This document shows, piece by piece, positions 30,001 through 39,377 of a DNA stretch of 64,000 nt. The translations under genes and the position numbers were made by a program. The notes beneath the pieces are model-generated. The model saw only the letters and a program-made list of their open reading frames with translations. It did not search any database and had not been told where the DNA came from. Origin of the DNA: Candidatus Latescibacterota bacterium (GTDB taxonomy: Bacteria; Latescibacterota; UBA2968; GCA-2709665); the NCBI GenBank assembly GCA_965208835.1, contig OZ242358.1, positions 4,480,001 to 4,544,000 of the forward strand, written 5' to 3'. Position 1 is the stretch's first letter, and every line of letters begins with the position of its first letter.

Positions 30001-30071
30001 CAGTAAATCTCCTTCTTTTCTTCGAGGCGTCGCCTGCACTCCCGCTCTTCGCTGCTGTTCCAGGCCGGCAT
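27051..30071 (-). CDS. Heparinase II/III-family polysaccharide lyase-like protein
   Basis: DGSTAEGSSYY, GHDHPDALN, LSDLGY, HNLVVLDE, YLVDVFRV; GGAGG RBS; no signal peptide. Confidence 0.85.
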   Translation of the reverse strand: MPAWNSSEERECRRRLEEKKEIYCRSAGEVQHPCLTVTDDNFSIAHANIRRHDWAKKHYEDLLELGEYYAARSDAWIARMVPDQSPAQIYGTFCPVCAADNTYNMRWIDRDPDKLVCFHCGAVMTDEAHPEEGRLDLPRSGQTLTYYIRPEERNDPEFTTGRNAFCWAGRRVHSSYSGAIRQQKAHRMPAVARNLAILYRMEGEDRYARAAAAILNRFAAVYPTYLFRDYWNTYMDCDPLYACELMAQDRGIARYEVNPCPDQNARSPMRSGRLIQTFWGCGRLSGGGVQAEAHYICMLTEALDLLWDEKDANGRLYLAEKERDRVVKDLLVEGLFTFTHWEGINNKVAGCREGEVALGRFLGVPEYVHRGVEGFEPYLKGFFKFDGSTAEGSSYYLYAVSNVRNLPELAHGYSDPPSYRGKDRYDNLDLYEPGGPYHTVLRARTLMTLPDGRLPHTADAREGPSDWPYPAWIHNVGLVRMGQDFAPFVRLDTGDAFALFNRSAELECAPPPPVRDRFFPGWLLAIFNTGYDAMFRTDLTGSATFLMNFYQPEGHDHPDALNIAMNVEGVEVLSDLGYIGDHPLNASIRSTLKHNLVVLDEANQLPRDRRPPGNLRLLAASPATKIIEADCRAYEQAETYRRSCAMIHRSSGPAYLVDVFRVRGGAVQDYAIHGEGRISSPPSHDRPIPMEERPGVLGEDIEGLRSGEPSDQWSASWTDDGMTMRVRLVSPVDEIIVGEGPGQRSHSEIGARNDYLFARKAESGNGNTFVAVIDHFRQDPDILEVQPLSVPDNDGGPVALRIRRRTADDTVILTRDQNECAFGDISFAGRAAVYTRSRDARQSLFLTETARFASPDLTVALEVTSIGGDIAGHDREGFRTRETLPHPVVLAGHFVRVQDPDQGCWTAYRIGSAAANRIDVDEFPFNAGTTWRIPSLFSMEQVSVDTFEVRTTTPARLSIRTPHRRAFIEHEAGPRTELETDKAAGMLSLTIDPATTRPHGTLLRLE

Positions 30072-30131
30072 GGGACCTCCACCTCAATTGAAAAAAAGTC
30101 CACAGTCAAATTGGCCACAAAAAGCCTGAGT

Positions 30132-30262
30132 GCGGGTAGAGGGTAGAGGGAAGACGGTAGAAGAAACCCTTGCCCGACACTTTATTCCTTCTTGCCTCCG
30201 GCAGGAGAAGAGACTCCACAAGGCAGGATATCTCTCCCGTCTACCGTCTCCCGTCTACCCGC
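30132..30262. repeat. Inverted pair of heptamer tandem arrays
   Basis: Left arm gcGGGTAGA GGGTAGA GGGAAGA CGGTAGA; right arm TCTCCCG TCTACCG TCTCCCG TCTACCCgc is the imperfect reverse complement; spacer about 70 nt. Confidence 0.7.
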
Positions 30263-30411
30263 TTCCGAGAGGATGGGAGGAGAGGTCCCGAACGCGTCCA
30301 GTGACCTGGTTTATCCTGGTAATCCGCCTTCTAATCGCCTTTGTTAACTCGCGAATATTCGAATTAACGTCCACGAAGCCTTACGAATCAAGGTCCACTT
30401 CAGGAATGACC

Positions 30412-30535
30412 TTGTACGGATCCCGCCCTGTTCGCGGGGACCCGACGAGCGGGCTTCCCGATGGGGTGAATTAACGGACAATTGCGGTGTCCCGAATGTC
30501 CGTATGAACCCGGGTCGAAACCTCGCGGCCGCACG
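30412..30535 (+). ncRNA. Candidate structured RNA with partial resemblance to the c-di-AMP (ydaO) riboswitch scaffold
   Basis: Nested stems CGCGGGG/CCUCGCG, GACCCG/CGGGUC, CGGG/CCCG, ACGGACA/UGUCCGU; motifs UGGGGUGAAU and GAACCCG. Confidence 0.4.
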
Positions 30536-30779
30536 AAAAAAACAAAATGGAGAAGCACTGCGCGCCTGTCAAGGGGAAAGGACGATATCTGCGAATAAGG
30601 GTCAGCCGGCCGCGTCCGGCCGGGATCAGGAAACAGACATTACGAAACGACGAATCATATCTTGTTGAAAATAAATGACCTGAACGGATTCTTCGTGGCG
30701 CGGCGAATAACCGGACGACACATACGGGCTCTCCATTGCAGGATTCGAAAACACGTATGGCAAAATGGTTCAAAAAAGG

Positions 30780-30808
30780 TTGACAATTGAACAAAAATGA
30801 ATTATTAT
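30780..30808 (+). promoter_or_regulatory. Sigma70 promoter of the cold-shock gene
   Basis: TTGACA-N17-TATTAT; implies a 5' UTR of about 120 nt, typical of csp genes. Confidence 0.75.
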
Positions 30809-30937
30809 GCTTCAGAAGAAGGATGAAGTTTCTGTCTCCTTTGCAGTCCTGAAGTGCGTCTGGCAAGGATCAGAAGTTCCGGTCCTTGCCGTTTTTGGTT
30901 TTCGTCGGTTTCTAACGTTGAAAGGTGGTGAAGCACT

Positions 30938-31147
30938 GTGCCAGAAGGTCGCGTGAAGTGGTTCAACGACGCCAAAGGTTACGGCTTTATCGAAAGGGAT
31001 GAAGGCGAAGATGTCTTTGTGCATTTTTCGGCTATTCAGGGCGAGGGATTCAAGTCGTTGACGGAAGGCGAAGTGGTTTCATTCGAAGTTGTGCAGGGAC
31101 CCAAGGGCTACCAGGCGGCGGACGTCGTAAAGCTGGGGCAGGTCTGA
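30938..31147 (+). CDS. cspA: Cold-shock protein (CspA family)
   Basis: [28 protein letters not shown] motifs; GTG start. Confidence 0.95.
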   Translation: MPEGRVKWFNDAKGYGFIERDEGEDVFVHFSAIQGEGFKSLTEGEVVSFEVVQGPKGYQAADVVKLGQV

Positions 31148-31173
31148 CCCGCAGCCACGGTCGGTTTTTTTTT
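31145..31173 (+). terminator. Intrinsic terminator after csp
   Basis: Short GACC/GGTC stem followed by a long T tract. Confidence 0.5.
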
Positions 31174-31205
31174 ACTTTGTTAATTCTCAATCGGTCCATC
31201 CGGAG

Positions 31206-31237
31206 GGCGTCGGTTCAAGAATCGGCGCCTTTTTTTT
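31206..31237 (+). terminator. Second intrinsic terminator
   Basis: GGCGTCGGTT-CAAG-AATCGGCGCC followed by T8. Confidence 0.75.
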
Positions 31238-31442
31238 ATTGGAAGGCGGGAAGACGGTGGACGTTACAGAAACACATCGCGGAAATTTAAAGATAACTTG
31301 ATATTGTACACTACAATCGTTTACATTTAAAGTAGCGCCGGGCCGGTCAGGCCGGCCGCGCGTCAGTCCGCGGTGGGTGTCCACGGCCGGGACGCGAACA
31401 CACAGCACATTCCTTCAAGAAGCCACAAACAGAGTCGTGCCT

Positions 31443-32810
31443 ATGGAAAACCACTACGACGTGATCGTAATCGGAAGCGGTCCGGGTGGGGAGGGTGCGG
31501 CGATGAAGGCGACCAAAGAGGGAAAGCGGGTCGCCGTGGCGGATGACAGGGCCTCGGTGGGCGGAAGCTGCACCCATCAGACCACGATTCCCAGCAAGGC
31601 ACTGCGGCACGCCATCCAGAAGCTTATCGATACCGGCCGTTTTGGCGACTCCAGTTTTCCGGATCTTCTTCGGGCGGCGGGGGGCGTGATCCGTCAGCAG
31701 GTGGACGTGCGCGAGGGATTCTACGCCAGAAATTTCGTGGACGTCATTCACGGCCGCGCCGCGTTCGAGGACAGCCATGGCATCCGGGTCCGTCTGCAGA
31801 ACGGAGGCGTGAGGCAATATCGCGCGGACGGTTTCGTCATCGCCACCGGCGCAAGGCCATATCATCCACCGGACGTGGATTTCTCGCACCCCCGAATTGT
31901 GGACAGCGATTCGATACTGGAATTCCGGGAACATCCAAGGTCCGTGACGATTTACGGTGCAGGGATCGTGGGATGCGAGTATGCGTCCATTTTGAGGGGC
32001 TTGCAGATCAAGGTGAATCTGATCAACAGTCTGGACCGTCTGCTGGCGTTCCTGGACGACGAGATCGTGGACGCGCTCAGCTATCACCTCCGTGAACAGG
32101 GGGTGCTGATCAGGCACAACGAGGAATACGAACGCGTGGAGGCAGACGATCGTGGCGTACGCCTGTACCTCAAGTCCCAGAAGGAAATCGTCAGCGACTG
32201 TCTGTTCTGGGCGCAGGGGCGGACCGGGAATTCGGACGGAATGGGACTCGAAGAGATCGGCATCCAGCGAGATTACAGGGGTGTCGTCGCCGTAAACGAG
32301 AGTTACCAGACGGCGCAGAGCCACATTTACGCCGTGGGTGACGTGGTGGGGTATCCCAATCTGGCCAGCGCGGCATACGACCAGGGGCGTTTTGCGGCCG
32401 CGCATCTGATATTCGGGGAGTGTGAGGCCCACCTTGTCAAGGATATACCCACGGGGATCTATACGCTGCCTGAAATCAGTTCGGTGGGAATGACGGAGCA
32501 GGAGTTGACTGCGAAGAGGATTCCCTACGAAGTCGGCCACGCGTCGTTCAGACACCTGGCGAGGGCGCAGATTACCGGCCGGACCACGGGGATGCTGAAA
32601 ATTCTGTTTCACAGGGAGACGCTGGAGATTCTGGGTGTTCACTGTTTCGGATCCGAGGCATCCGAAATCGTCCACATCGGCCAGGCGATCATGGCGCAGA
32701 AGGATGGTGGCAATACCCTTATGTACTTCATCAACACGACGTTCAACTATCCGACGATGGCCGAAGCCTACAGGGTGGCGGCGCTCAACGGGCTGAACAG
32801 GGTGCGATGA
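31443..32810 (+). CDS. sthA: Soluble pyridine nucleotide transhydrogenase
   Basis: [57 protein letters not shown]. Confidence 0.93.
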   Translation: MENHYDVIVIGSGPGGEGAAMKATKEGKRVAVADDRASVGGSCTHQTTIPSKALRHAIQKLIDTGRFGDSSFPDLLRAAGGVIRQQVDVREGFYARNFVDVIHGRAAFEDSHGIRVRLQNGGVRQYRADGFVIATGARPYHPPDVDFSHPRIVDSDSILEFREHPRSVTIYGAGIVGCEYASILRGLQIKVNLINSLDRLLAFLDDEIVDALSYHLREQGVLIRHNEEYERVEADDRGVRLYLKSQKEIVSDCLFWAQGRTGNSDGMGLEEIGIQRDYRGVVAVNESYQTAQSHIYAVGDVVGYPNLASAAYDQGRFAAAHLIFGECEAHLVKDIPTGIYTLPEISSVGMTEQELTAKRIPYEVGHASFRHLARAQITGRTTGMLKILFHRETLEILGVHCFGSEASEIVHIGQAIMAQKDGGNTLMYFINTTFNYPTMAEAYRVAALNGLNRVR

Positions 32811-33457
32811 ATGCTCTTGAAGTCATCTATATGGACAACCACCTGCTTGTGGTCCGGAAACCTGCCGGCATGCTGGTACAGGGAGACCGCACGGGCGACC
32901 GGTCGCTTCTGGAATACGGCAAAGCGTACGTGAAAGCGGCGTTCAACAAGCCGGGCGACGCCTTTCTGGGTCTGGTGCACCGGCTGGACCGGCCGACTTC
33001 CGGAGTTATGGTTTTTGCCCGGACGTCCAAGGCGGCGGCCCGGCTCTCGGAACAGTTTCGCGCCCACAAGATCGGAAAGGTCTACTGGGCGCTGGTGGAG
33101 GGGAAAACGCCGCGGGAAGGCCGGATGGCGGATTCGCTGTTGCGGGTGGGACCTTCCAGTACGGTCTCCGACAGAGGCCGGGAGGCGGTGCTCGGGTTCC
33201 GGCGCCTGCGGTTCGAGCGGGGGATTTCGTGGGTGGAGGTCAGGCCGAAAACGGGGCGGCATCATCAGATCCGTGTGCAGTTCGCGCACCGCGGGCACCC
33301 CGTTCTGGGCGATATGCGGTATGGAGCGAGAGTCGGATTTCCGGAAAAGAGCCTTGCGCTCCATGCGCGGGCGCTCACGCTCTCGCATCCGACCCGAAAG
33401 GAGCAGATGACGTTCAGCGCGGCGCCGGAGGCGTTCTGGCCGCCGCGATTCAGGTAA
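32807..33457 (+). CDS. RluA-family RNA pseudouridine synthase
   Basis: [37 protein letters not shown]. Confidence 0.93.
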   Translation: MNALEVIYMDNHLLVVRKPAGMLVQGDRTGDRSLLEYGKAYVKAAFNKPGDAFLGLVHRLDRPTSGVMVFARTSKAAARLSEQFRAHKIGKVYWALVEGKTPREGRMADSLLRVGPSSTVSDRGREAVLGFRRLRFERGISWVEVRPKTGRHHQIRVQFAHRGHPVLGDMRYGARVGFPEKSLALHARALTLSHPTRKEQMTFSAAPEAFWPPRFR

Positions 33458-33532
33458 CACAAGCCCGCGCAAAAATGGCCACAAGGAGCACATACGGCAC
33501 AAAACCTAAAGGACGTTGAAAGGAGATTGTTC

Positions 33533-33925
33533 GTGAACAGGAACGAGCAGCAGTTGAACGATATACAGGTCGATCGGACCAACCTGTACCGGGAAGAAAA
33601 CTACACGGACCTGAAGGTGGCGTCCATTCGTCGCCTGGTGCCGGTAAACCAGGATGGATCGCCCGACGGGACCCGCCGCCAGAAGTTTATCGGACAGACC
33701 CATCTGATGTCCCAGGTCGGCCCGCTCCCCGTGCAGTGCGACATTGAAGCTGCAGACCTGGAAGAGGCGCTACGGAAGTTCCCGGAGGCCATCGCAAGGG
33801 CCGTTGAAGATATGATGGAGGATGCCAAGGAAAGGCGGCGACAGGAGTCCTCCCGGATTGTGGTGCCGGGCACGGGCGGACTGCCGGGCGCGGCGCCGCC
33901 TGGCGGAAACATCAATCTGAGCTAG
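33533..33925 (+). CDS. Conserved hypothetical cytoplasmic protein
   Basis: AAAGGAG RBS; protein-like NLYREENYTDLKVASIRRLVPV..SRIVVPG sequence. Confidence 0.75.
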   Translation: MNRNEQQLNDIQVDRTNLYREENYTDLKVASIRRLVPVNQDGSPDGTRRQKFIGQTHLMSQVGPLPVQCDIEAADLEEALRKFPEAIARAVEDMMEDAKERRRQESSRIVVPGTGGLPGAAPPGGNINLS

Positions 33926-34001
33926 GGAAGCTGTCGCATGTGGTGGGCAGGAATCCCTGGGTTTTTGGCTTTAGACAGGGCGCATCAGTATGCGCCCTTT
34001 T

Positions 34002-34874
34002 TTACGTCAGCAGGGGTCTCATGGCTTCTTTGAGTTCGGCCATTTCGCGTTCCGTGAGGGGCTTTACGGGTTTGCGGCACGGGCCCACGGATCTGCCCGA
34101 CAGATTTGTGGCGGCCTTTACGGAAGCGTTGTAAACGTGATGCCAGAAAAAGCGGTTGGCGGGAAACATGCGACGCCAGAGATCCCGGGCCTCGGCGAGT
34201 TGCCCGGCGGCGACCAGATTGTAGAGATCGACGGCTTCTCCGGGCATGGCGTTGACCGCTCCCCAGACACAGCCCGGACATCCTGCAACGAGGCTGAAGA
34301 AGGCGATGGGGTCCCCTCCGTTGAAGACCTCGGCGCCGATGGCAAGCAGTTCCTGTATTCGAAGAATATCCGCCATGCTGTCCTTGATATAGTGGACATT
34401 CTCGATTTCCATCAGACGTTTGAAGAACGCGGGCGTGATATCGATTCCCGTGTGGACAGGGATGTTGTAGACCATAATGGGCGTGCTGACGGCGTCGGAG
34501 ATTTCCGCGTAGTGTCCGTACACGCCTTCCATATCAGGACCCTCAAAGTAGGGCGGAAGCACAAGCAGGCAGTCGGCGCCCGTACCCTCGGCGTGCCGCG
34601 CGTATTCGATCGTCTCCGACGTGCTCACCGCGGAGGCCATGGCGACCAGTTCTGCCCTGCCGTCAACGTGGTCGGCAGCCAGTTCGGCAAGCCGTCTGCG
34701 TTCCTCCGGTCGAAGGCAGGCGAACTCGCCCGTGCCGCCGTTGATGAGGATGCCATGGACGCCCGCGTCGAGCATGGAGTCGATATGATTCCTCAACGCG
34801 GGTTCGTCGATCCGTTCGCCGTCGTCTGCAAACGGGGTGCATAAAGCCGCGCAGATACCTCTGAGTTTTTTCAT
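34002..34874 (-). CDS. Dihydrodipicolinate synthase/N-acetylneuraminate lyase family aldolase
   Basis: ALCTPF, GGTGEF, PPYF, YNIP, IKDS (Schiff-base Lys). Confidence 0.9.
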   Translation of the reverse strand: MKKLRGICAALCTPFADDGERIDEPALRNHIDSMLDAGVHGILINGGTGEFACLRPEERRRLAELAADHVDGRAELVAMASAVSTSETIEYARHAEGTGADCLLVLPPYFEGPDMEGVYGHYAEISDAVSTPIMVYNIPVHTGIDITPAFFKRLMEIENVHYIKDSMADILRIQELLAIGAEVFNGGDPIAFFSLVAGCPGCVWGAVNAMPGEAVDLYNLVAAGQLAEARDLWRRMFPANRFFWHHVYNASVKAATNLSGRSVGPCRKPVKPLTEREMAELKEAMRPLLT

Positions 34875-35100
34875 TGCGGTCTCCCCTTCAATCGTTCATG
34901 TCGCCGGGGCGTCTGACGAAGACCCGGCTTCCGGAGCATGGCTGATGGCCCGGTATCTTGTCCCGAAGGTTTCTGATCATTCGTCAACCTGTTTCCCGGA
35001 CAGAATGATACGCCCTGCGAAGGTACGGCGAAAGTGGAATCCATACAAGCACACAGCGATCGGGCTGAAGTGCGGGCAGGGTCAGCGGTTTAGAAGGGCC

Positions 35101-35227
35101 TTGACACTTACAGGTGAAAAATCAATATTGGCGGAATTCAGGAACAGACGGGAATGCCCGGTCTTGGATAGGGATATTCATCCTCTGTGGATTCCCGTTA
35201 AGGTCCTGAGTAATTCCGGGTTTTTTG
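35101..35227 (+). promoter_or_regulatory. Putative promoter followed by a long hairpin leader and U-tract
   Basis: TTGACA at 35101 with a weak -10; stems CGGAAUU/AAUUCCG, UCAGGA/UCCUGA, ACGGGAAU/AUUCCCGU; T6 at 35221. Confidence 0.45.
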
Positions 35228-35318
35228 CGGCCTGAGACGCCGTTCGCAGGGTCCAGGGCCCGTACATCTTGATCGTTTGACACGGGTTCGCATAGTCGGT
35301 TTTTCGGAGGAGGTTGAC

Positions 35319-37118
35319 ATGTCGCAGGTGAGGGAAGTTGGCATACCGGTTCGCGCGGTGAATCGCGCGGCGTTGTACGCGGGACGAAACGGCGCCGGCG
35401 AGCCGTGTCTGTATGCGACCATGTCGCAGCAGGCCGCGAATCTCTTCGTATTGCAGATCGATCCGCAGACGGGCAGGTTGCGTCAATTCTGGCCGGACGT
35501 TCCCGATTCGAACTATACCACGGCGGTGTATCAGGCGCGGAACGGACGCCTTTATATCGGGGCGGCGCACTCGGGTCAGCTATACTGTTTCGATCCCGAG
35601 CAGGACGACCTGGTGAATTTCGGCACCATTAACGGCACGGCGGCTATTTTTCCCTGCAGCATCGACGAGGATTCACAGGGTGTGATCTGGATTTCCAGCT
35701 ACGGCACCGCGGATCTGACGAGCTTCGATCCGGAAACCCGTGAGTTTACCCGGTACGGACGCCTGGACGACGTGGATATGTACGCCTATTGCCACGTGAA
35801 TACCGACGATACGATCGCGTCGTTGATCATGCAGACCCAACCGCACGTGGTGGTCCTGGACCCGAAGACCGGTGAAAAAAGGACGGTAGGACCCGTCGTT
35901 ACGCGCGGCGAAGGAACCTTGAACCTCCACCGGGGGGCGGACGGCAACCTCTATATTGAGTCGAGCGAGGGGAATTTCCGTCTGGAGGGCATGGACGCCG
36001 TTCCCGTGGTAGAAACCGTCGCGGCGAAAGCTGCGGCGCCCACCCTGCCGGACGGCAGCACCTTCCGGTTCGTGGATGCGGTGGAGCAGACATGCAGGAT
36101 TCTGGAGGTAACGGGCCCGGACGGCGCTGCGAAGACCTTCGACATCGAATTCGAAGCCGCGGGGACCGATATCTTCTGCCTGCACGGCGGTCCCGACGGG
36201 TGTGTGTACGGATCCAGCGTATTGCCGGAGCGGCTGTTTCGATACGACCCCGAAAACGATGACCTGGCGGACCTGGGCATCTGTTCGACCGCGACCGGCG
36301 AGGCGTATTCCATGGCGAACCTGGACGGTAAAGTCTACATCTCGTCATACCCGGGTGCGAGAATCTCCATTTACGATCCTTCGCAGCCGTACAACTTCGG
36401 CGAGAGCCGGGGCAGCAATCCCTGGGACATCGGGCGGGTGGACGACATTTCGTACCGGCCGCGATCCACGCTGGCGGGTCCCGGCGGAAAGGTCTGGCTG
36501 GCATCCATTCCGGACTACGGAATGTGGGGCGGGCCGCTCTCGTATTACGACCCGCGCACAGAGGAGAAAAAGGCGTTTTACCGCATCGTGGGAGACGGGA
36601 GCTGCTATACGCTGGCGCACCTGGAGGCGGAATCGTTGATCGCCGTCGGCACAACCATAGCCGCGGGCAGCGGGACCCAGCCGAGGGTGGACGAGGCCGT
36701 GCTCTTCCTCTTCGACTACGGGAAGGAAGAGAAAGTCTGGGAAGGCGCGCCCGACCCGCCCGTGAGGATTTTCAATGCCCTGGCAGCCGTACCGGATGGC
36801 AGGCTTATCGGCACGTTCGTCGGCGACGAACGCGGACCCGAACTCTTCGTGTTCGACCCTGCCACGCGGACATTTACGGAACGGATCGCCGCGCCTGAGG
36901 GCGGTCCGGTGGACAACGGACTGCAGCTGGGACCGGACGGGATGATCTATGGCCTCACCCACACCCTCATCTATCGGCTTGATCCCGGTTCCCTGAAATT
37001 TGACGTGATCGTGGAATTCGATGAACGGTTGACCAGCCACGCGGCGGGCGGACCGATCGTGGGGAACGAGCTGTATCTGTCTTCGGGCCACCGGCTGTTT
37101 GCCGCGGAGATATTGTAA
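35319..37118 (+). CDS. Beta-propeller repeat protein (unknown function)
   Basis: GGAGGAGG RBS; repeated GxDGxxY..LFxYDP blades; no signal peptide. Confidence 0.75.
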   Translation: MSQVREVGIPVRAVNRAALYAGRNGAGEPCLYATMSQQAANLFVLQIDPQTGRLRQFWPDVPDSNYTTAVYQARNGRLYIGAAHSGQLYCFDPEQDDLVNFGTINGTAAIFPCSIDEDSQGVIWISSYGTADLTSFDPETREFTRYGRLDDVDMYAYCHVNTDDTIASLIMQTQPHVVVLDPKTGEKRTVGPVVTRGEGTLNLHRGADGNLYIESSEGNFRLEGMDAVPVVETVAAKAAAPTLPDGSTFRFVDAVEQTCRILEVTGPDGAAKTFDIEFEAAGTDIFCLHGGPDGCVYGSSVLPERLFRYDPENDDLADLGICSTATGEAYSMANLDGKVYISSYPGARISIYDPSQPYNFGESRGSNPWDIGRVDDISYRPRSTLAGPGGKVWLASIPDYGMWGGPLSYYDPRTEEKKAFYRIVGDGSCYTLAHLEAESLIAVGTTIAAGSGTQPRVDEAVLFLFDYGKEEKVWEGAPDPPVRIFNALAAVPDGRLIGTFVGDERGPELFVFDPATRTFTERIAAPEGGPVDNGLQLGPDGMIYGLTHTLIYRLDPGSLKFDVIVEFDERLTSHAAGGPIVGNELYLSSGHRLFAAEIL

Positions 37119-37119
37119 T

Positions 37120-38787
37120 ATGGCGACCTTTTGGAGACCCGAGCCAGAAATGTGGGATGTATTGCGAGAGGCCGTGTCCGGGATCCTCGCGGATCAGCGG
37201 GAAGACGGACGGTTCGGCACCGCGCCCTGGACCTGTCTGGACCAGCATCGGATTTTCCACCTGGCCGCCGCCTGGAGCCTTGAGAACAGTCCCTGGTTTC
37301 GTAACGACGAAGTGCTGGCGGCGATTGTGCGTGGCGGCGACGCGCTGATAGACGCGCAGGACAACGAGGGCATGTGGACCTTTCTGAAAAAGGACTACTC
37401 GGAGTGGGGTCAGATCTACATGCCCTGGACGTACAGCCGCTGGATTCGCGCGTATATGCTGGCGCGATCCGGGATGGACGGCGAGGCGCGAGCACGGTGG
37501 GACGCCGCATTGGAACTGGGTTTCGAGGGGATTTCAAAAACGTGCCTTTCGCACGTTCACAACATTCCGACCCATCACGCGATGTCCCTTTATTGCGCCG
37601 GGATGGTATTTGAACGCCAGGATTGGAAGACGCAGGCGGAGGAATTCATCCACGAGGTTGTGGCGGCACAGTCCCCGTACGGTTGGTGGACCGAGAACGT
37701 GGGCCCGGTCGTTTCCTATAACTACGTGTATTCGGACGCGATGGGCGTGTATTACAAGCTATCAGGGGACGGACGCGTACTCGAAGCGCTGGAACGGGCG
37801 GCCCAATTCCACAGGAACTATTCGTATCCGGATGGAAGCGCCGTGGAGACGGTGGATGAGCGAAATGCGTACAACAGCGAGGTGCGGCCGGGGAATCCCG
37901 GATTCAGCCACACATCAACAGGCAGAGGCTATCTGGCACGGCAGCATCGCCTCTTCCTGGAAGCCGGCGGGAAATTCGATGTGGATTACGCCGCGCACAT
38001 GCTGCTCTATGCAGGCGACGGCGGAATCGAGGAGATGGAGGCCGACCGGGACGGGCGTACCTATGCGATGGGCGGCGATGCGCTGATCGTCTCACGCAAA
38101 CCCTGGTTTCTGAGCCTGTCGGCCTATTGCTGTCCTTTGGACGAGAACCGGTTCCGGCAGGACCGGCAGAATTTCGTGAGTGTCTTTCACGAGTCGACCG
38201 GTTTGATCGTTGGCGGCGGCAATACCAAGCTGCAGCCGCTCTGGAGCACGTTCAGCGTGGGCGATACGTCCCTGATGCGGCATACGCCCGGGGACGCCGA
38301 TCCTGACTTCGGTCCGTTCGAAGGGCTGGCGCATATCCCCGACCGGGCGGAAATCAAGGCGGATGAAGCATGTCCCGGCATTGATTTGCATTATGGCGCG
38401 GACGTGGGACGCGTTACGCTCGTTCCACGCGGAGACTCGCAATTGCTCCTGATTCTTGAGTCGTCGTGCATTTCCGAAAGCGGAATGGAAGCACACGTGA
38501 CGTTGATCCCGCATTTGAGGGAGGCGCTGCGTTCGTCGACCGGCGAGCTTGCTGAACTGCAGACGGATGTCGTGGAATGGACGGGGGCCGACGGCGCCTG
38601 GTTCGAACATGCGGGATGGCGGCTGTCGCTCCCTGCGGGCGCGCGGCTTGTGTGGCCGGCGTTGCCCCACAACGCGTATACAAAGGGAGGAGAGGCCGGC
38701 GTCGGGCAAGCCCGGCTGGTACTCGCGCTGCCGTTCTGCGAAGACTGCACCCGGTACGAACTGAGCCTGGACATTCTTCAGGAATGA
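37120..38787 (+). CDS. Hypothetical protein, probable alpha/alpha-toroid carbohydrate-active enzyme
   Basis: Starts 1 nt after the upstream stop; Q.EDG.F, QDNEGMW, HNIPTH, QSPYGWWTE..YNYVY, YPDG..DERN motifs. Confidence 0.6.
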   Translation: MATFWRPEPEMWDVLREAVSGILADQREDGRFGTAPWTCLDQHRIFHLAAAWSLENSPWFRNDEVLAAIVRGGDALIDAQDNEGMWTFLKKDYSEWGQIYMPWTYSRWIRAYMLARSGMDGEARARWDAALELGFEGISKTCLSHVHNIPTHHAMSLYCAGMVFERQDWKTQAEEFIHEVVAAQSPYGWWTENVGPVVSYNYVYSDAMGVYYKLSGDGRVLEALERAAQFHRNYSYPDGSAVETVDERNAYNSEVRPGNPGFSHTSTGRGYLARQHRLFLEAGGKFDVDYAAHMLLYAGDGGIEEMEADRDGRTYAMGGDALIVSRKPWFLSLSAYCCPLDENRFRQDRQNFVSVFHESTGLIVGGGNTKLQPLWSTFSVGDTSLMRHTPGDADPDFGPFEGLAHIPDRAEIKADEACPGIDLHYGADVGRVTLVPRGDSQLLLILESSCISESGMEAHVTLIPHLREALRSSTGELAELQTDVVEWTGADGAWFEHAGWRLSLPAGARLVWPALPHNAYTKGGEAGVGQARLVLALPFCEDCTRYELSLDILQE

Positions 38788-38883
38788 GGATCGAGAAAAC
38801 GCACGGCGACGACGCCTGCGGACCCCGCATGAGGGATTCCGGCACCAATTTCGGCTGTACACTCGTTCATATTGGAGGGTGCT

Positions 38884-39297
38884 GTGGGAGATAAAATCCG
38901 GAAGACCGATGAGGAGTGGCGGGTGATGCTCACGCCGGAACAGTACCACGTGACAAGAAGAAGCGGAACGGAACGGGCGTTTACCGGCGAGTACCACGAC
39001 TTCAAGGGAACGGGGATCTATCTGTGCGTGTGCTGCGGAAACGAGTTGTTTCGGTCGGACGCCAAGTACGATTCCTGCACGGGCTGGCCGAGTTTCTGGT
39101 CGCCGTCGGATGATGGTAACGTGGAAACGGAAGCGGATATGTCCTACGGCATGGTGCGGACGGAGGTGAAGTGCAGCCGGTGCGACGCGCATCTCGGGCA
39201 TGTATTCGACGACGGTCCCCGGCCCACGGGACTGAGATACTGCATGAATTCCGCGGCGCTGGACTTTGTGGAGAACGATACCGAAGAGAAGGATTGA
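38884..39297 (+). CDS. msrB: Peptide-methionine (R)-S-oxide reductase
   Basis: GTERAFTG, CxxC pairs, [21 protein letters not shown]. Confidence 0.96.
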   Translation: MGDKIRKTDEEWRVMLTPEQYHVTRRSGTERAFTGEYHDFKGTGIYLCVCCGNELFRSDAKYDSCTGWPSFWSPSDDGNVETEADMSYGMVRTEVKCSRCDAHLGHVFDDGPRPTGLRYCMNSAALDFVENDTEEKD

Positions 39298-39377
39298 ACG
39301 ACCGTACGCGACGCAGGGGCGCATCCGGACGATCTGAATTCCATTTCGAAGTCACCCCGTCAATTGAGGAGACGCCG

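Noticed and set aside
30270-30532. tmRNA on the minus strand (GCGGCCGCGAGGTTTCGAC start; GGACGCG near 30295)
   Set aside because: No T-arm GGTTCGANTCC or acceptor CCA end, and no tag reading frame ending in AA*.
34002-34874. dapA or nanA gene symbol
   Set aside because: The GGTGE motif differs from DapA GTTGE and NanA GSTGE; substrate cannot be assigned from sequence.
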